Source: Gemmatimonadota bacterium | Lineage (GTDB): Bacteria > Gemmatimonadota > Gemmatimonadetes > Gemmatimonadales > GWC2-71-9 | Direction: 5' to 3' | DNA length: 44,427 bases | NCBI GenBank assembly: GCA_003221995.1 | Contig: QHUR01000033.1 | Location: 1-44,427, forward strand | Shown here: piece after piece, positions 27,807 to 38,575 of the stretch | Numbering within the stretch: the stretch's first letter is position 1 | How the letters are laid out: each line of letters begins with the position of its first letter | Notes under the pieces: generated by a model | The model's database searches: none | What the model was told of the DNA's origin: nothing | The model's input: the letters and a program-made list of their open reading frames with translations, nothing else | Made by a program: the position numbers and the translations under genes

Positions 27807-28771
27807 CCGGCGTCGTGCTCGCCCGGACGGGCTCGACCTATCGCGTGCACGCGGAGCGCGGGGAAATAACGGCGGTGCTGCGCGGGAGGCTCAAGCGCAG
27901 AGACGATGACCGCGTCGTCGCGGGGGATGTGGTCGACCTGGACGTTCGCGGCGACGGCCCGGCCGCCATCACGGGCGTGCGCCCGCGCCGCTCGCTGCTC
28001 GCGCGCCGCTCGTCCGGCACGCGTGGGCCCGGCCGGCGGCAGCCGATCGCCGCGAACGTGGACCAGGTCGTCGTGGTGGCCGCGACACGGGATCCCGAGC
28101 CGGACTTCCGCATGCTGGATCGCCTGCTGGTGATCGCCGAGGCGAATCGCATCCCCCCGGTGCTGGTCCTCAACAAGCTCGAGCTCGACCGCGGAGTGCT
28201 CGAGCCGTTCCGCCGCCGCTACGGGCCCGCCGGCTATCAGGTGCTCCCGACGTCGGCCAAGGCGGGGGAGGGTCTTCCCGCGCTGCGCGACCTGCTGCGG
28301 GGCCGCGCCTCGGTCCTGACCGGGGAGTCTGGCGTGGGAAAGTCGAGCCTCGTGAACGCGCTCCAGCCCGGCCTGAATCTCCGGATCGGCGAGATCAGCG
28401 AGAAGTGGGGGACGGGGAAGCACACGACGCGGGCGGCGCAGCTCGTGCCCCTCGCCGGGGGCGGGGGCGGGGGGGGCGTGGGGGGGGTGGGGGGCGCGGG
28501 GGGCGCCTACGTGGTGGACACGCCGGGCCTGCGGGAGGTCGCGGCCTGGGGCGTCGACCCGGAGCTGCTCGCCCCCTGTTTTCCCGAGTTCCGCCCCTTC
28601 CTAGACCAGTGCCGCTTCGACAATTGCCGCCATCTGGCCGAGCCGGATTGCGGCGTACGCACCGCCGCGGAGCGGGGCGCGTTCGACCCCGACCGGCTCA
28701 CCTCTTACCGGCACATCTACGACGAGGTCAGCGTTCCTTCCTGGTCCAGCGCGCGGCGTCGCGGGCGTTGA
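27803..28771 (+). CDS. rsgA: Ribosome small subunit-dependent GTPase A
   Basis: ANVDQ, LNKLEL, GESGVGKSSL, GKHTT, DTPG, CRFDNCRHLAEPDC zinc finger; GTG at 27803. Confidence 0.95.
   Translation: MTGVVLARTGSTYRVHAERGEITAVLRGRLKRRDDDRVVAGDVVDLDVRGDGPAAITGVRPRRSLLARRSSGTRGPGRRQPIAANVDQVVVVAATRDPEPDFRMLDRLLVIAEANRIPPVLVLNKLELDRGVLEPFRRRYGPAGYQVLPTSAKAGEGLPALRDLLRGRASVLTGESGVGKSSLVNALQPGLNLRIGEISEKWGTGKHTTRAAQLVPLAGGGGGGGVGGVGGAGGAYVVDTPGLREVAAWGVDPELLAPCFPEFRPFLDQCRFDNCRHLAEPDCGVRTAAERGAFDPDRLTSYRHIYDEVSVPSWSSARRRGR
28457..28503 (+). repeat. In-frame poly-G tract (six G-runs of 5-8 nt) inside rsgA
   Basis: GGGGG c GGGGG c GGGGGGGG cgt GGGGGGGG t GGGGGG cgc GGGGGG, encoding a Gly-rich insert. Confidence 0.85.
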
Positions 28772-29048
28772 TCTTCGCCATCATCGCGTCGAAGGCCTTA
28801 TCCAGATCGATCCCCTGCGAATTGGCGAGGCAGACCACCACGAACAGGATGTCGACCAGCTCCATGGCGAGCGAGCCCGCGGGCTCTTCGCGCTTCTTGG
28901 TTTTTTCGCCGAAGCGGTGGTTGATCTCGCGCGCGAGCTCGCCCACTTCCTCGGTCAGCCGGGCGAGGTTGGTGAGCGGAGAGAAGTAGCCTTCCTTATA
29001 TTGCCCGATCCACTGATCGACTCGCTGCTGGGTTTCGCGCAGGGACAA
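28728..29048 (-). CDS. MazG-like nucleotide pyrophosphohydrolase (YpjD-like)
   Basis: YFSPLTNLARLTEEVGELAREIN...ELVDILFV...ANSQGIDL. Confidence 0.92.
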   Translation of the reverse strand: MSLRETQQRVDQWIGQYKEGYFSPLTNLARLTEEVGELAREINHRFGEKTKKREEPAGSLAMELVDILFVVVCLANSQGIDLDKAFDAMMAKINARDAARWTRKER

Positions 29049-29062
29049 GGGGACTCTCCTCC

Positions 29063-30325
29063 GTGGTGAACGCCGACTTGCCGCCGCTCGCGGCGCCGTT
29101 CCGGGGCGAGCGCTTCGGCGCGTCGTCGCGCCTGAGCGCGCTGCTCGCGCCCCCCTACGACGTGGTGTCGCCGGAACAGCGCGCGCAGCTTGCCGCGCGG
29201 GACCCTCACAATATCGTGCACCTCACGCTCCCGGAAGCGCCGCCGGGGGAGGATCGCTACCTCTGGGCGGCGAGTCAGCTCGCGGCGTGGCGCAAGGAAG
29301 GGGTGCTCCGCACCGACCCCGCGGATACCGTGTACGTGGTTGCCGAGGACTTCGCGCTGCCGAGCGGGGAGCGCCGCACGCGGATCGGGATGTTCGCGGC
29401 GGTGCGGGCGGAGAGCTTCGAGACGCGGCGGGTGCGGCCGCACGAGAAGACGCACGCCGCGCCCAAGGCCGATCGCCTCGCGCTGCTGCGGGCGACGCGC
29501 GCCAACCTCGAGGCGATCTTTCTCCTCGCCCCCGATCCCGACGGCGCGCTCGCGACGGCGCTCGCCGCCGTGACCCGGCGCCCGCCCGCGGCGCGAGCCG
29601 AGCTCGACGGCGTCGCGATGCGGCTCTGGGCCGTGGCCGGCGACGAGGGGGACCGCCTCGCGGCTGCCGCCTCTCGCCACCCGCTCTACATTGCCGACGG
29701 CCACCACCGCTACGAAACGGCGATCGCCTACGCGCGGGAGAACCCGCGGGCCGATCGGGTGCTCGCCTTCGTGGTGTCCGCCACGGATCCCGGGCTCGTG
29801 ATTCTGCCGACCCACCGCATCGTCTTCGGCGCGGGCCGGGATCCCGCGAAGCTGATTCCGGCGTGGCGCGAGTGGTTCGACGTAGGGCGTGTGGCACCCT
29901 GCGCCGACCGCATCGAGCGGCTGGCAGAGCTGGGCCGTCAGGGAACGGCGTGCATCGTGGCGTTTCCCGGCGGCTACGACCTCACCTTGGTGCTGAAGCG
30001 GGACGCGCCGCTCGACAGGTTTCCCGAGCTCGGGCACACGGAGGCCGTGCGTGGGCTCGACGTGGCGCGCATCGAGGCGCTCGTCGTGCAGTACATTCTC
30101 AGCGCCGGCACCGCCACCCCGTCGCTCGCCTACACGGCCGACGCCCACGCCGCGTTCGACGCCGTGCGCAACGGCCGGGCAGCGGCGGCGGTGCTGCTCA
30201 ATCCCACGAAGGTGGAGCAGGTGTTCGCGGTGGCGGACGCCGGCGGGGTCATGCCGCCCAAGTCCACCTATTTCGTGCCGAAGGTGGCGAGCGGCTTGGT
30301 CATCAAGGCGGCGGAGGGAACGTGA
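29063..30325 (+). CDS. DUF1015 family protein
   Basis: PPYDVVS, RPHEKT, YIADGHHRYETA, LPTHR, MPPKSTYFVPK. Confidence 0.9.
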   Translation: MVNADLPPLAAPFRGERFGASSRLSALLAPPYDVVSPEQRAQLAARDPHNIVHLTLPEAPPGEDRYLWAASQLAAWRKEGVLRTDPADTVYVVAEDFALPSGERRTRIGMFAAVRAESFETRRVRPHEKTHAAPKADRLALLRATRANLEAIFLLAPDPDGALATALAAVTRRPPAARAELDGVAMRLWAVAGDEGDRLAAAASRHPLYIADGHHRYETAIAYARENPRADRVLAFVVSATDPGLVILPTHRIVFGAGRDPAKLIPAWREWFDVGRVAPCADRIERLAELGRQGTACIVAFPGGYDLTLVLKRDAPLDRFPELGHTEAVRGLDVARIEALVVQYILSAGTATPSLAYTADAHAAFDAVRNGRAAAAVLLNPTKVEQVFAVADAGGVMPPKSTYFVPKVASGLVIKAAEGT

Positions 30326-30852
30326 GCCTGAACGGCAAGAAGGTCCTGTTCTTCGCGGGCCCGCTGTACGAGGATCTGGAGCTCTGGTATCCGAAGATCC
30401 GGCTCGAGGAGGAAGGCGCGGCGACCACGGTCGCGGGCCTCGGGGAGAAAACCTACCAGGGGAAGCGCGGGTATCCCGTCACCGTGGACACGAACGTGGA
30501 TCAGGTGAGTGCCGCGGGCTTCGACGGGCTCGTGATCCCGGGAGGGTTCGCGCCTGATCAGCTGCGGCGCTACGATACGGTGCTCCGGATCACCCGGGAG
30601 ATCTATCAGGCTGGGAAGCCGCTCGCGTTCATCTGCCACGCGGGATGGGTGCCCATCTCGGCGAAGATCCTCAAGGGCAAGCGGGCGACCAGCGTCCGGG
30701 CCATCAAGGACGACATGGAGAATGCCGGAGTCATCTGGGAAGACGCCGCCGTCGTGATCGACGGGAACCTGATCTCGTCCCGTACTCCCGCGGACCTGCC
30801 CGCGTTCTGCAAGGCGCTGATCGCGGCGCTCAGGAAGGGGCCGGCGGACTAA
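30322..30852 (+). CDS. PfpI / DJ-1 family (type 1 glutamine amidotransferase-like) protein
   Basis: YEDLELWYP, IPGGFAPD, ICHAG nucleophile elbow, SRTPADL; GTG at 30322. Confidence 0.92.
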   Translation: MSLNGKKVLFFAGPLYEDLELWYPKIRLEEEGAATTVAGLGEKTYQGKRGYPVTVDTNVDQVSAAGFDGLVIPGGFAPDQLRRYDTVLRITREIYQAGKPLAFICHAGWVPISAKILKGKRATSVRAIKDDMENAGVIWEDAAVVIDGNLISSRTPADLPAFCKALIAALRKGPAD

Positions 30853-31106
30853 TGCCGCGCGCCCGCGACCGCATTCTCGCGAACCTCGAGTCCGTGTATC
30901 GCGAAGCCTACGAGCGCGCCAACGCCGCGGGGGACCAAGCGCGCATGGCGGACCTCGACGCCGCCTATCAGCGCGAACAGCTCCTGCTCGAGGTGCTCCT
31001 CGACATCCGCGACGCGCTGGCTGCACCGGGCGAGGCGAAACCGGAGCAGGGTCCGGGCCCCCTCGCCGCGCTCGAGACCATCCGCCGCATCACCAAGCTG
31101 CGCTGA
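30852..31106 (+). CDS. Hypothetical helical protein (84 aa)
   Basis: MPRARDRILANLESVYREAY...YQREQLLLEVLLDIRD; ATG overlaps the upstream TAA. Confidence 0.72.
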   Translation: MPRARDRILANLESVYREAYERANAAGDQARMADLDAAYQREQLLLEVLLDIRDALAAPGEAKPEQGPGPLAALETIRRITKLR

Positions 31107-31117
31107 GGGGATCCGAT

Positions 31118-32776
31118 ATGTCGCGACGCTTCTCCGCCCCCGGGCTGTTGCTGATCTGTCTCGCCGCCTGCGGCCGCAAGGCCGACCTCATCATCACGGG
31201 TGGCGTCGTCTGGACCGGCCTCTCCAGCGGCCAGCCGCAGCCCGGCGCCGTGGCGGTCAGAGGTGGCAGGATCGTCGCGGTCGGTGACACGGCGGTGGTG
31301 CGCCGCTACGTGGGCGCCGAGACCCAGGTCCTGTCCGCGCGCGGCGGGCTCATCATGCCCGGGTTCTCGGACGGGCACACCCACTTCATCAACGGTGGCT
31401 TCCAGCTCGCCTCCGCGGACCTGCGCGATGCGGCCACGCCGCAGGAGTTCATCCGGCGGCTCAAGGCATACGCCCAGAAGCTCAAGCCGGGCGAATGGAT
31501 CACGGGCGGCGACTGGGACCACACCCTCTGGAAGGGAGCCCCGCTGCCGCGGCGCGAGTGGATCGATTCGGTGACCCCGAGCAATCCCGTGTTCGTGAAT
31601 CGGCTCGATGGTCACGAGGCGCTCGCCAACAGCGCCGCGATCAGGGCGGCCGGTGTCACCAAGGACACACCCACGCCCCCAGGCGGTGAGATCCTGCGTG
31701 ATCCGCGGACCGGCGAGCCGATCGGCATCTTCAAGGACCAGGCCTTGGGCCTGATCGACAGAGCGGTCCCAGAACCGAGCGCCGAGCAGCGCGACTCCGC
31801 GCTGGCACGGGCGCTCGCTCATGCCGCCTCGCTGGGCGTGACTGCGACCTCCCATGTGTCCGCATCCTGGGCCGACCTCGCGAGCTATCGGCGGCTGGAG
31901 AAGGCCGGGCGGATGACCCTGCGCGTGGCCGTGTACCTCGATCTCTCGCAGTGGCGCGCGGTGGCCGACACGATGCGTCGCTCGGGCCCGGGCGACGACT
32001 GGGTCAAGATCGGCGGGCTCAAGGGGTACGTGGACGGCTCGGCGGGCTCGCGCACCGCGTATTTCTTCGAGCCCTACGCGGACTCGGCGGGCTACGCAGG
32101 GCTGATGCAGTATGCCGAGCCGGACCTTCGCAACTGGATCGGCAACGCCGACTCGGCCGGGCTGCAGGTCACCGTGCACGCGATCGGCGACCGCGCGAAC
32201 GCCATCATCCTCGACATCTACGATAGCGTCGCCAAGGCCCACGGGGCGCGCGACCGGCGCTTCCGCGTCGAGCACGCGCAGCACCTGCGGCCGCAGGACA
32301 TCCCCCGCTTCGGCCGCCTGGGCGTGATTGCGTCGATGCAGCCCTACCACGCGATCGACGACGGCCGCTGGGTCGAGGGGCGCATCGGACCGGTCCGCAT
32401 CAAGACCACCTATGCGTTCCGCACGCTGCTCGACACCGGGGCGAAGCTCGGCTTCGGGTCGGACTGGACCGTCGCGCCGCTCGATCCCATCCTGGGCGTC
32501 TACGCGGCGGTGACGCGCCGCACGCTCGACGGCAAGCATCCGAGCGGCTGGGTGCCCGAGCAGAAGATCACCGTGGGAGAGGCGCTGCGCGCCTACACCG
32601 AGGGGAACGCTTACGCGACCTTCAACGAGAAGAAATGGGGGACGCTCGCCCCGGGCTATGACGCCGACCTGGTCGTGGTCGATCGCAACCTGTTCACCAT
32701 GCCGCCCGACTCGCTCGACCGGGCGATGGTGAGCTACACGGTGGTCGGTGGCAAGGTCGTGTACGCTCGGAAGTAA
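31118..32776 (+). CDS. Amidohydrolase (YtcJ-like), probable lipoprotein
   Basis: Signal peptide with lipobox LAAC, PGFSDGHTH, DGHEAL, HAIGD, RVEHAQ, FGSDW, PGYDADL. Confidence 0.9.
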   Translation: MSRRFSAPGLLLICLAACGRKADLIITGGVVWTGLSSGQPQPGAVAVRGGRIVAVGDTAVVRRYVGAETQVLSARGGLIMPGFSDGHTHFINGGFQLASADLRDAATPQEFIRRLKAYAQKLKPGEWITGGDWDHTLWKGAPLPRREWIDSVTPSNPVFVNRLDGHEALANSAAIRAAGVTKDTPTPPGGEILRDPRTGEPIGIFKDQALGLIDRAVPEPSAEQRDSALARALAHAASLGVTATSHVSASWADLASYRRLEKAGRMTLRVAVYLDLSQWRAVADTMRRSGPGDDWVKIGGLKGYVDGSAGSRTAYFFEPYADSAGYAGLMQYAEPDLRNWIGNADSAGLQVTVHAIGDRANAIILDIYDSVAKAHGARDRRFRVEHAQHLRPQDIPRFGRLGVIASMQPYHAIDDGRWVEGRIGPVRIKTTYAFRTLLDTGAKLGFGSDWTVAPLDPILGVYAAVTRRTLDGKHPSGWVPEQKITVGEALRAYTEGNAYATFNEKKWGTLAPGYDADLVVVDRNLFTMPPDSLDRAMVSYTVVGGKVVYARK

Positions 32777-32785
32777 AGGTGTCAC

Positions 32786-33265
32786 CTATCCGGAGTACTT
32801 GAACCCAGCCGCCTGCAGCGTGAGGGCTGGCCCCTCGCGCTCCACGCCTGCCTCCACCACCTCCCCCAGCACGAGCGTATGGTCGCCGCTCGGCATCGTA
32901 GCGACCACGCGACACTCCAACCAGCCGAGCGCTTCGGTGAGGATGGGCGCGCCCGAGACCGGAGCTGGCTTGGTCTTGATCCCCTTGAGCTTTTGCGGGG
33001 TGTTGGCGGAGGAGCGGCCCAGCTTGCCGGCCAGGTCGCGCTGGCCATCGTGGAGCACGTTGAGCCCGAAGTGGTGGGCGTCGCGGATCAGGTCGATCGT
33101 CTTCGAGGTGTTCTCGACCGCCACCACGACCATCGGCGGCTCGAACGATGCTTGCGTCACCCAGTTCGCGGTCATGCCGTGCTCCTCGCCGCGGTGGGCG
33201 ACGGTGACGGCGTAGAGGCCGTAGGGAAAGCTCCGCAGCACCGTCTTCTTCGCGGCCTCATCCAT
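32786..33265 (-). CDS. Flavin reductase family protein
   Basis: FPYGLYAVT, TANWVTQASFEPP, WLECRV, GDHTLVLGEV; ATG at 33265. Confidence 0.92.
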   Translation of the reverse strand: MDEAAKKTVLRSFPYGLYAVTVAHRGEEHGMTANWVTQASFEPPMVVVAVENTSKTIDLIRDAHHFGLNVLHDGQRDLAGKLGRSSANTPQKLKGIKTKPAPVSGAPILTEALGWLECRVVATMPSGDHTLVLGEVVEAGVEREGPALTLQAAGFKYSG

Positions 33266-33308
33266 GCTCGTCCTCGCGTGGTGGGTGGGTCCGTCGCGCA
33301 GTGAAATA

Positions 33309-33337
33309 TTGACCGGCCTCACCGCGGCCGCCATCTT
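33309..33337 (+). promoter_or_regulatory. Putative sigma70-type promoter for the E1 gene
   Basis: TTGACC-N17-CATCTT; an alternative leaderless -10 (TATTTT) lies at 33352-33357. Confidence 0.35.
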
Positions 33338-33363
33338 GCCCCGAATCAGGCTATTTTTCTCCC

Positions 33364-35484
33364 ATGTCGACGCGCACCAAACCGCAGCCGAAGGCCGCCA
33401 AGCCGCTCGCCAAGGCGGACCTGCTCGACATGTTCCGCCTCATGTACCTCTCCCGCCGTCTCGACGACCGCGAGATCCAGCTCAAGCGCCAGAACAAGAT
33501 CTTCTTCCAGATATCGGGTGCCGGCCACGAGGCGGTGCTCGTCGCCGCCGGCAGGGTGCTGCACCCCACGTACGACTGGTTCTATCCCTATTACCGCGAC
33601 CGCGCCCTGTGCCTCGCCCTCGGCATGACGCCGACGGAGATGCTGCTTTCGGCCGTCGCCGCGGCCGACGACCCGAATTCGGGTGGCCGCCAGATGCCGT
33701 CCCACTGGGGCCACAAGGCGCTCCACATCGTGAGCCAATCGAGCCCCACGGGGACCCAGCTGCTGCAGGCGGTGGGCTGCGCCGAGGCGTGGCTGCGTTT
33801 CGATCGCAGCGACGGCATCGCGGAGAAGCCGATTCGCGGCGACGAAGTCGTCTACTGCTCCGGGGGCGACGGCACCACGAGCCAGGGTGAGTTCTGGGAG
33901 GCGATGAACACCGCGAGCAATCTGAAGCTGCCGGTCCTGTTTCTGATCGAGGACAACAAGTACGCGATCTCGGTGCCGGTCGAAGTGCAGACGGCGGGGG
34001 CCTCGGTGTCGAAGCTCGTGGCCAACTTTCCTGACCTCTTCATCGAAGAAGTGGACGGCTGCGACCCGATCGCGTCCTTCGAGACCCTGACCCGCGCGGT
34101 CGCGCACTGCCGGCAGCGCCGCGGTCCCGCCCTCGTGCATGCGCACGTCATCCGGCCGTACTCGCACTCGCTGTCGGACGACGAGGTGCTGTACAAACCG
34201 CCCAAGGAGCGTGAGGAGGAGTCGAAGCGGGACCCCATCGCGACGTTCTCCAAGCGGCTGGTGGCCGAGGGAATCGCGACTGCGGCGGAAGTCGAGGGGA
34301 TCAAGCAACAGGTGGACGAGGAGGTGGAGGTCGCGGCCGACATGGCGCTCGCCTCCCCCCAGCCCCAGCCCGAGACGGCGCTCCACTACGTCTACTCCCC
34401 TGACGTCGATCCCACGTCGGAGCAGTTCGACACCGAGGATGACCCCCAGTTCGCGGGGGATCCGACGACGATGGTGGACCTCCTGAACGTCTGCCTCAAG
34501 GACGAGATGGCCCGCGATCCGCGTATCCTCCTCTTCGGCGAGGACGTGGCCGACGTCAGCCGGGACCAGTACCTGGGCCAGGTGAAGGGGAAGGGCGGGG
34601 TCTTCAAGGTCACCTGGGGGTTGCAGCGGCAGTTCGGGAGCGGGCGGGTATACAACTCGCCGCTCGCGGAGGCGAACATCATCGGGCGGGCGATCGGACT
34701 CGCCACGCGGGGCCTCAAGCCGGTCGTGGAGATCCAGTTCTTTGACTACATCTGGCCGGCCTACCACCAGCTGCGCAACGAGCTCGCCACGCTGCGGTGG
34801 CGCTCGCACAACGCCTTCAGCTGCCCCGTCGTGGTGCGCGTGACGTATGGTGGTTACCTCAAGGGCGGGGCGATCTACCACTCGCAGACGGGCGCCGTCG
34901 TGTTCACCGCCATTCCCGGGCTCCGCGTCGTGTGCCCCGCAACCGCCCTCGACGCGAACGGCCTGCTCCGCACCGCCATCCGCTGCGACGACCCGGTCCT
35001 GTTTCTCGAGCACAAGCACCTCTATCGCCAGACCTACAACAAGGCGCCCAACCCCGGCCCGAACTTCATGATCCCCTTCGGCAAGGCCAAGGTAGTCAAG
35101 GAGGGGCCCGACCTCACGGTCGTGACGTACGGGGCCGTCGTGCACCGGGCGCTCCTCGCGGCGAAGGAACTCGAGGAGAGAGACGGTGTGCGGGCCGAGG
35201 TCATCGATCTGCGGAGCCTCTCGCCGATCGACTGGGACGCGATCGCCCGATCGGTGCAAAAGACCAGCCGGGTGCTCGTCGCTTACGAGGACGCGCGCTC
35301 CTGGGGCTACGGCGCCGAGATCGCGGCGCGCGTCGCGGACGAGGCGTTCTCGTGGCTCGACGCGCCGGTGAAGCGCGTCGCGTCGACCGATACGTTCGTC
35401 GGGTACGCCCCCACGCTGGAAGACTTCATCCTGCCGCAGGTGGAAGATCTCGCGCAGGCGATGCGCGAGCTGCATGCGTTCTAG
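33364..35484 (+). CDS. 2-oxoacid dehydrogenase E1 component, fused alpha/beta subunits
   Basis: [22 protein letters not shown]...[11 protein letters not shown] motif, [28 protein letters not shown]. Confidence 0.94.
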   Translation: MSTRTKPQPKAAKPLAKADLLDMFRLMYLSRRLDDREIQLKRQNKIFFQISGAGHEAVLVAAGRVLHPTYDWFYPYYRDRALCLALGMTPTEMLLSAVAAADDPNSGGRQMPSHWGHKALHIVSQSSPTGTQLLQAVGCAEAWLRFDRSDGIAEKPIRGDEVVYCSGGDGTTSQGEFWEAMNTASNLKLPVLFLIEDNKYAISVPVEVQTAGASVSKLVANFPDLFIEEVDGCDPIASFETLTRAVAHCRQRRGPALVHAHVIRPYSHSLSDDEVLYKPPKEREEESKRDPIATFSKRLVAEGIATAAEVEGIKQQVDEEVEVAADMALASPQPQPETALHYVYSPDVDPTSEQFDTEDDPQFAGDPTTMVDLLNVCLKDEMARDPRILLFGEDVADVSRDQYLGQVKGKGGVFKVTWGLQRQFGSGRVYNSPLAEANIIGRAIGLATRGLKPVVEIQFFDYIWPAYHQLRNELATLRWRSHNAFSCPVVVRVTYGGYLKGGAIYHSQTGAVVFTAIPGLRVVCPATALDANGLLRTAIRCDDPVLFLEHKHLYRQTYNKAPNPGPNFMIPFGKAKVVKEGPDLTVVTYGAVVHRALLAAKELEERDGVRAEVIDLRSLSPIDWDAIARSVQKTSRVLVAYEDARSWGYGAEIAARVADEAFSWLDAPVKRVASTDTFVGYAPTLEDFILPQVEDLAQAMRELHAF

Positions 35485-38400
35485 CGCGGCCCGCGGCTAC
35501 AGCCTCTTGTTCTTCCTCTCCGGGGCCACCGGGCTCGTGTACGAGCTCCTCTGGGTCCGGCTCCTCTATCAGGCGTTCGGCTCGACGATCGAGTCGGTGA
35601 CCACCGTCGTGGCCGCCTACATGGGTGGGCTCGGGCTCGGCGCCTGGCTGCTCGGGCGACGCAGCGACCGCCACACGCGGCCCGCGGCCCTCTACGGCAG
35701 GCTCGAGATCGCGATCGGCGTGTTCGGCCTCGTCTCGCCTTTCGTGCTGGCACTGGCGCACCGCGTCTACGTGAGTGCGGCCGGGGCGCTCGGCCTCGGC
35801 GGGGGGGTGAGCGTGGCGCTGCGGTTCACGCTGGCCGCGCTGGTACTGCTCGTCCCGACCACGCTGATGGGCGGCACCCTCCCCGTGCTCACCCGCGCGT
35901 TCATGGGCACCGAGCGCGATCGCCTGAAGCGGTCCCTGGGCTGGCTGTACGGCATCAACACCCTGGGTGCTGTCGCGGGCACGGCGCTCGCCGGCTTCTT
36001 CCTGATCGAGTACGTCGGCATCCGGGCAAGCCTCTGGGCCACGGCCGCGGTCAACCTCGGACTCGGAGCGGCGGCGCTCGCGCTGGCGCGCCCGCTCGAA
36101 CCCGTTCCCGTCCCCGCGCTCGCCGTCGACGGGCCGGTGGCCCCGGTGGCCCCGGTGGCCCCGGCCGCGGAGGCGGGTCGCACGCTGCGCAGAGTGGGGC
36201 TCGGGTTGCTCGGCGTGACCGCGTTCGCCGCCCTGCTGCACGAGATCGCGTGGACTCGCGTCCTGGTGATGATCGTGGGAGGCTCGACGTACGCCTTCAC
36301 GCTGGTGCTGCTCGTCTTCCTCCTGGGGATCGGACTGGGCAGCGCGGTGCTCACCCGCGGCGCCGCCGCCGCCTCCGAGACGGCCGCCGACGCGGCCCTG
36401 GCGCAGGGGGTGACGGCGGCGGGCGCGGCGCTCCTGTTCGCGTTCTTCAGCTTGCTGCCCCGCTACATCATCGCCGTGTTTCAAGCGCAGTCCTGGGGTG
36501 CCTCCCAGCGACTGGTGGCGCTGGGCCTCGTGATCGGCGGCGTCGTGCTGGTTCCGGCGATCGGGATGGGGATGACCTTTCCGCTGTTGACCGATCTCGT
36601 GGCGCCCGGCGGCAGCGGCCGGGGGGAAGACGTGGGGCGCGCCTACGCCCTGAACACCGTGGGCAGCATCGCCGGGGCGGTGCTCACCGGCTTCGTGTTG
36701 GTGGTGGCGTTCGGGACCGATCTGACGCTGCGCTTAGGCCTCCTCGTGAGTGCCGCAGCGGCGCTCGGACTCGCGGCGCTTGCGGCCCGCGGCGTTGCCG
36801 AGGGCTCGGCGCAGCACCGCCGGCTGCGGGCCCGCGTGCTCGGGGCGGGCGTCCTCGCCAGCGCCGGGCTCGTCGCGGCGCTCGGCGCCCCCCGCTGGAG
36901 TACCCGGCTGATCGACCTCGGCCCCGCCATCTACGCGCGCGAGCCGATGGATCGCGCCGCCGTCGAGACGTTCCTCGGCCATCGCGGCGCCCGCCAGCTC
37001 GCCTATCGCGAGGGCCGCAACGCCACCGTGTCCGTATGGGAGAGCGGCCCGGGCCGGAGCCTCAAGGTGAACGGCAAGGCGGACGCCTCCGACCACGGAG
37101 ACATGGACACCGAGATCATGCTCGGCCTCGCCCCCGTCGCGGCCCGCCCGCAAGCGAGCACCGCACTGGTGATCGGCTACGGCAGCGGGGTAACGGCCCG
37201 GGTGCTGGCCGACGTGCCGGGCATGCGGCGCGTGCGCGTCGTGGAGATCGAGCCCGCGGTGCTCGCCATGAGCCGCTACTTCGAGCACGTCAATGACACC
37301 GTGCTGGCGCGCCCCGGCGTCGCGGCAGTGGTGGACGACGCGCGCAGCGCGCTCCAGCTCGACCCCGCACGCTACGACGTGATCTCGTCCGAGCCGAGCA
37401 ACATCTGGCTGGCGGGGGTCGCGACCCTCTATACGCCCGAGTTCTACCGCATCGTGCGCCGTCGCCTCGCGGACGACGGCGTCTTCTGCCAGTGGGTCCA
37501 GCTCTATCAGGTGCCGGTCCCGGTCGTTGCGGGCGTGGTGCGGAACATCCGTACGGTGTTTCCGCACGTGGAAGTGTGGTTCAGCTCGCCGGGCGACGTT
37601 CTGATCGTCGGCTCGCTCAAGCCGCTGACGTACGATGCGGCGTGGCTCGCGCGGCTGGTGGGGCCGGGCGGCGCGCTGGGCGGGCTCGCGCGGGAGTACC
37701 TGGCGGTGGATGCCCCGGAGCAGTACTTCGGCCACCTGCTGCTCGACTCGATCGGGGCGGCACGGCTCGTCGAGCGCGCCACGATCGTCCACAGGGACGA
37801 CCGGCCCCGGCTCGAGTTCGTAGCCGCGCGCCGCTTCCTCGACACAGGGACGGAGGGCGTTTTCGACTCGCTCGCCGCCTTGGCGGGTGCGGCGCCCGCG
37901 CACGGCTCGCCGCTGCTCTTCGCCAGGGCGCTCACCGCGCGGCGCGGCGACCTCGCGGCGTGGCGTTACGTCGAGGCGGCGCGGCGCCAGCGCCCCGACG
38001 ACCCCTTCTGGACGGTCCACGCCGCGGCCATTCGCCTCGGGGCCGGCGACACCACGTTCGCCGACACCGCCCTCGCGCGGTTCGTCCCGCGGAGCGCCGA
38101 TGCGGCGTTGCTCGCGGGGCTCGTCGCCGCGAAGCGGGGACAGGGGGAGCGCGCGCGGCGCCTGCTCGCACAGGCGCTCGCGGGTGGCGCGGGAGTGGAC
38201 AGCGCGGAGGCGAAGGCGGCGCTCGCGACGTTGGCCACGCGGGACAAGCGGTGGGCGGACGCCGCGGCGCTCGCGCGGGCCGCGTTCGCGGCGGAGGGCA
38301 CATTGCGGCACCCCTATCCCCGGGCGTGGTTGGCGGAGGCGTTGACCCGCATGGTGCAGGCCGGCCCCGCTGCGTCGGCGGACAGCCTGCTCGCCGACGC

Positions 38401-38575
38401 CGTACGCGGTCGGCCCGGCTGGTCGACGCTGCACGAGCTGCGCGCGTTCGCCGCGCTGCGGATGGGACGCTGCGATGTGGCGGTGAAGGAGTTCCTGCTG
38501 CTGCTCGACTTCGGGATCGAGCGCGACGACGGGCCCGACCTGGTGATGCGCTGCCGCCGTGGCCTGAAGCTCTAG
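35474..38575 (+). CDS. Fused multi-TM / spermidine synthase-like protein with helical C-terminal tail
   Basis: [63 protein letters not shown]. Confidence 0.88.
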   Translation: MRSSAARGYSLLFFLSGATGLVYELLWVRLLYQAFGSTIESVTTVVAAYMGGLGLGAWLLGRRSDRHTRPAALYGRLEIAIGVFGLVSPFVLALAHRVYVSAAGALGLGGGVSVALRFTLAALVLLVPTTLMGGTLPVLTRAFMGTERDRLKRSLGWLYGINTLGAVAGTALAGFFLIEYVGIRASLWATAAVNLGLGAAALALARPLEPVPVPALAVDGPVAPVAPVAPAAEAGRTLRRVGLGLLGVTAFAALLHEIAWTRVLVMIVGGSTYAFTLVLLVFLLGIGLGSAVLTRGAAAASETAADAALAQGVTAAGAALLFAFFSLLPRYIIAVFQAQSWGASQRLVALGLVIGGVVLVPAIGMGMTFPLLTDLVAPGGSGRGEDVGRAYALNTVGSIAGAVLTGFVLVVAFGTDLTLRLGLLVSAAAALGLAALAARGVAEGSAQHRRLRARVLGAGVLASAGLVAALGAPRWSTRLIDLGPAIYAREPMDRAAVETFLGHRGARQLAYREGRNATVSVWESGPGRSLKVNGKADASDHGDMDTEIMLGLAPVAARPQASTALVIGYGSGVTARVLADVPGMRRVRVVEIEPAVLAMSRYFEHVNDTVLARPGVAAVVDDARSALQLDPARYDVISSEPSNIWLAGVATLYTPEFYRIVRRRLADDGVFCQWVQLYQVPVPVVAGVVRNIRTVFPHVEVWFSSPGDVLIVGSLKPLTYDAAWLARLVGPGGALGGLAREYLAVDAPEQYFGHLLLDSIGAARLVERATIVHRDDRPRLEFVAARRFLDTGTEGVFDSLAALAGAAPAHGSPLLFARALTARRGDLAAWRYVEAARRQRPDDPFWTVHAAAIRLGAGDTTFADTALARFVPRSADAALLAGLVAAKRGQGERARRLLAQALAGGAGVDSAEAKAALATLATRDKRWADAAALARAAFAAEGTLRHPYPRAWLAEALTRMVQAGPAASADSLLADAVRGRPGWSTLHELRAFAALRMGRCDVAVKEFLLLLDFGIERDDGPDLVMRCRRGLKL

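Noticed and set aside
28728-28771. Convergent 3' overlaps (rsgA/MazG-like 44 bp; racemase/glpD 14 bp; lon/TetR 11 bp) as antisense regulation
   Set aside because: Common in compact GC-rich genomes, with no further supporting signal.
36134-36164. 9-bp tandem repeat CCGGTGGCC x3
   Set aside because: In-frame Pro-Val-Ala linker expansion between TM blocks; ordinary low-complexity slippage.
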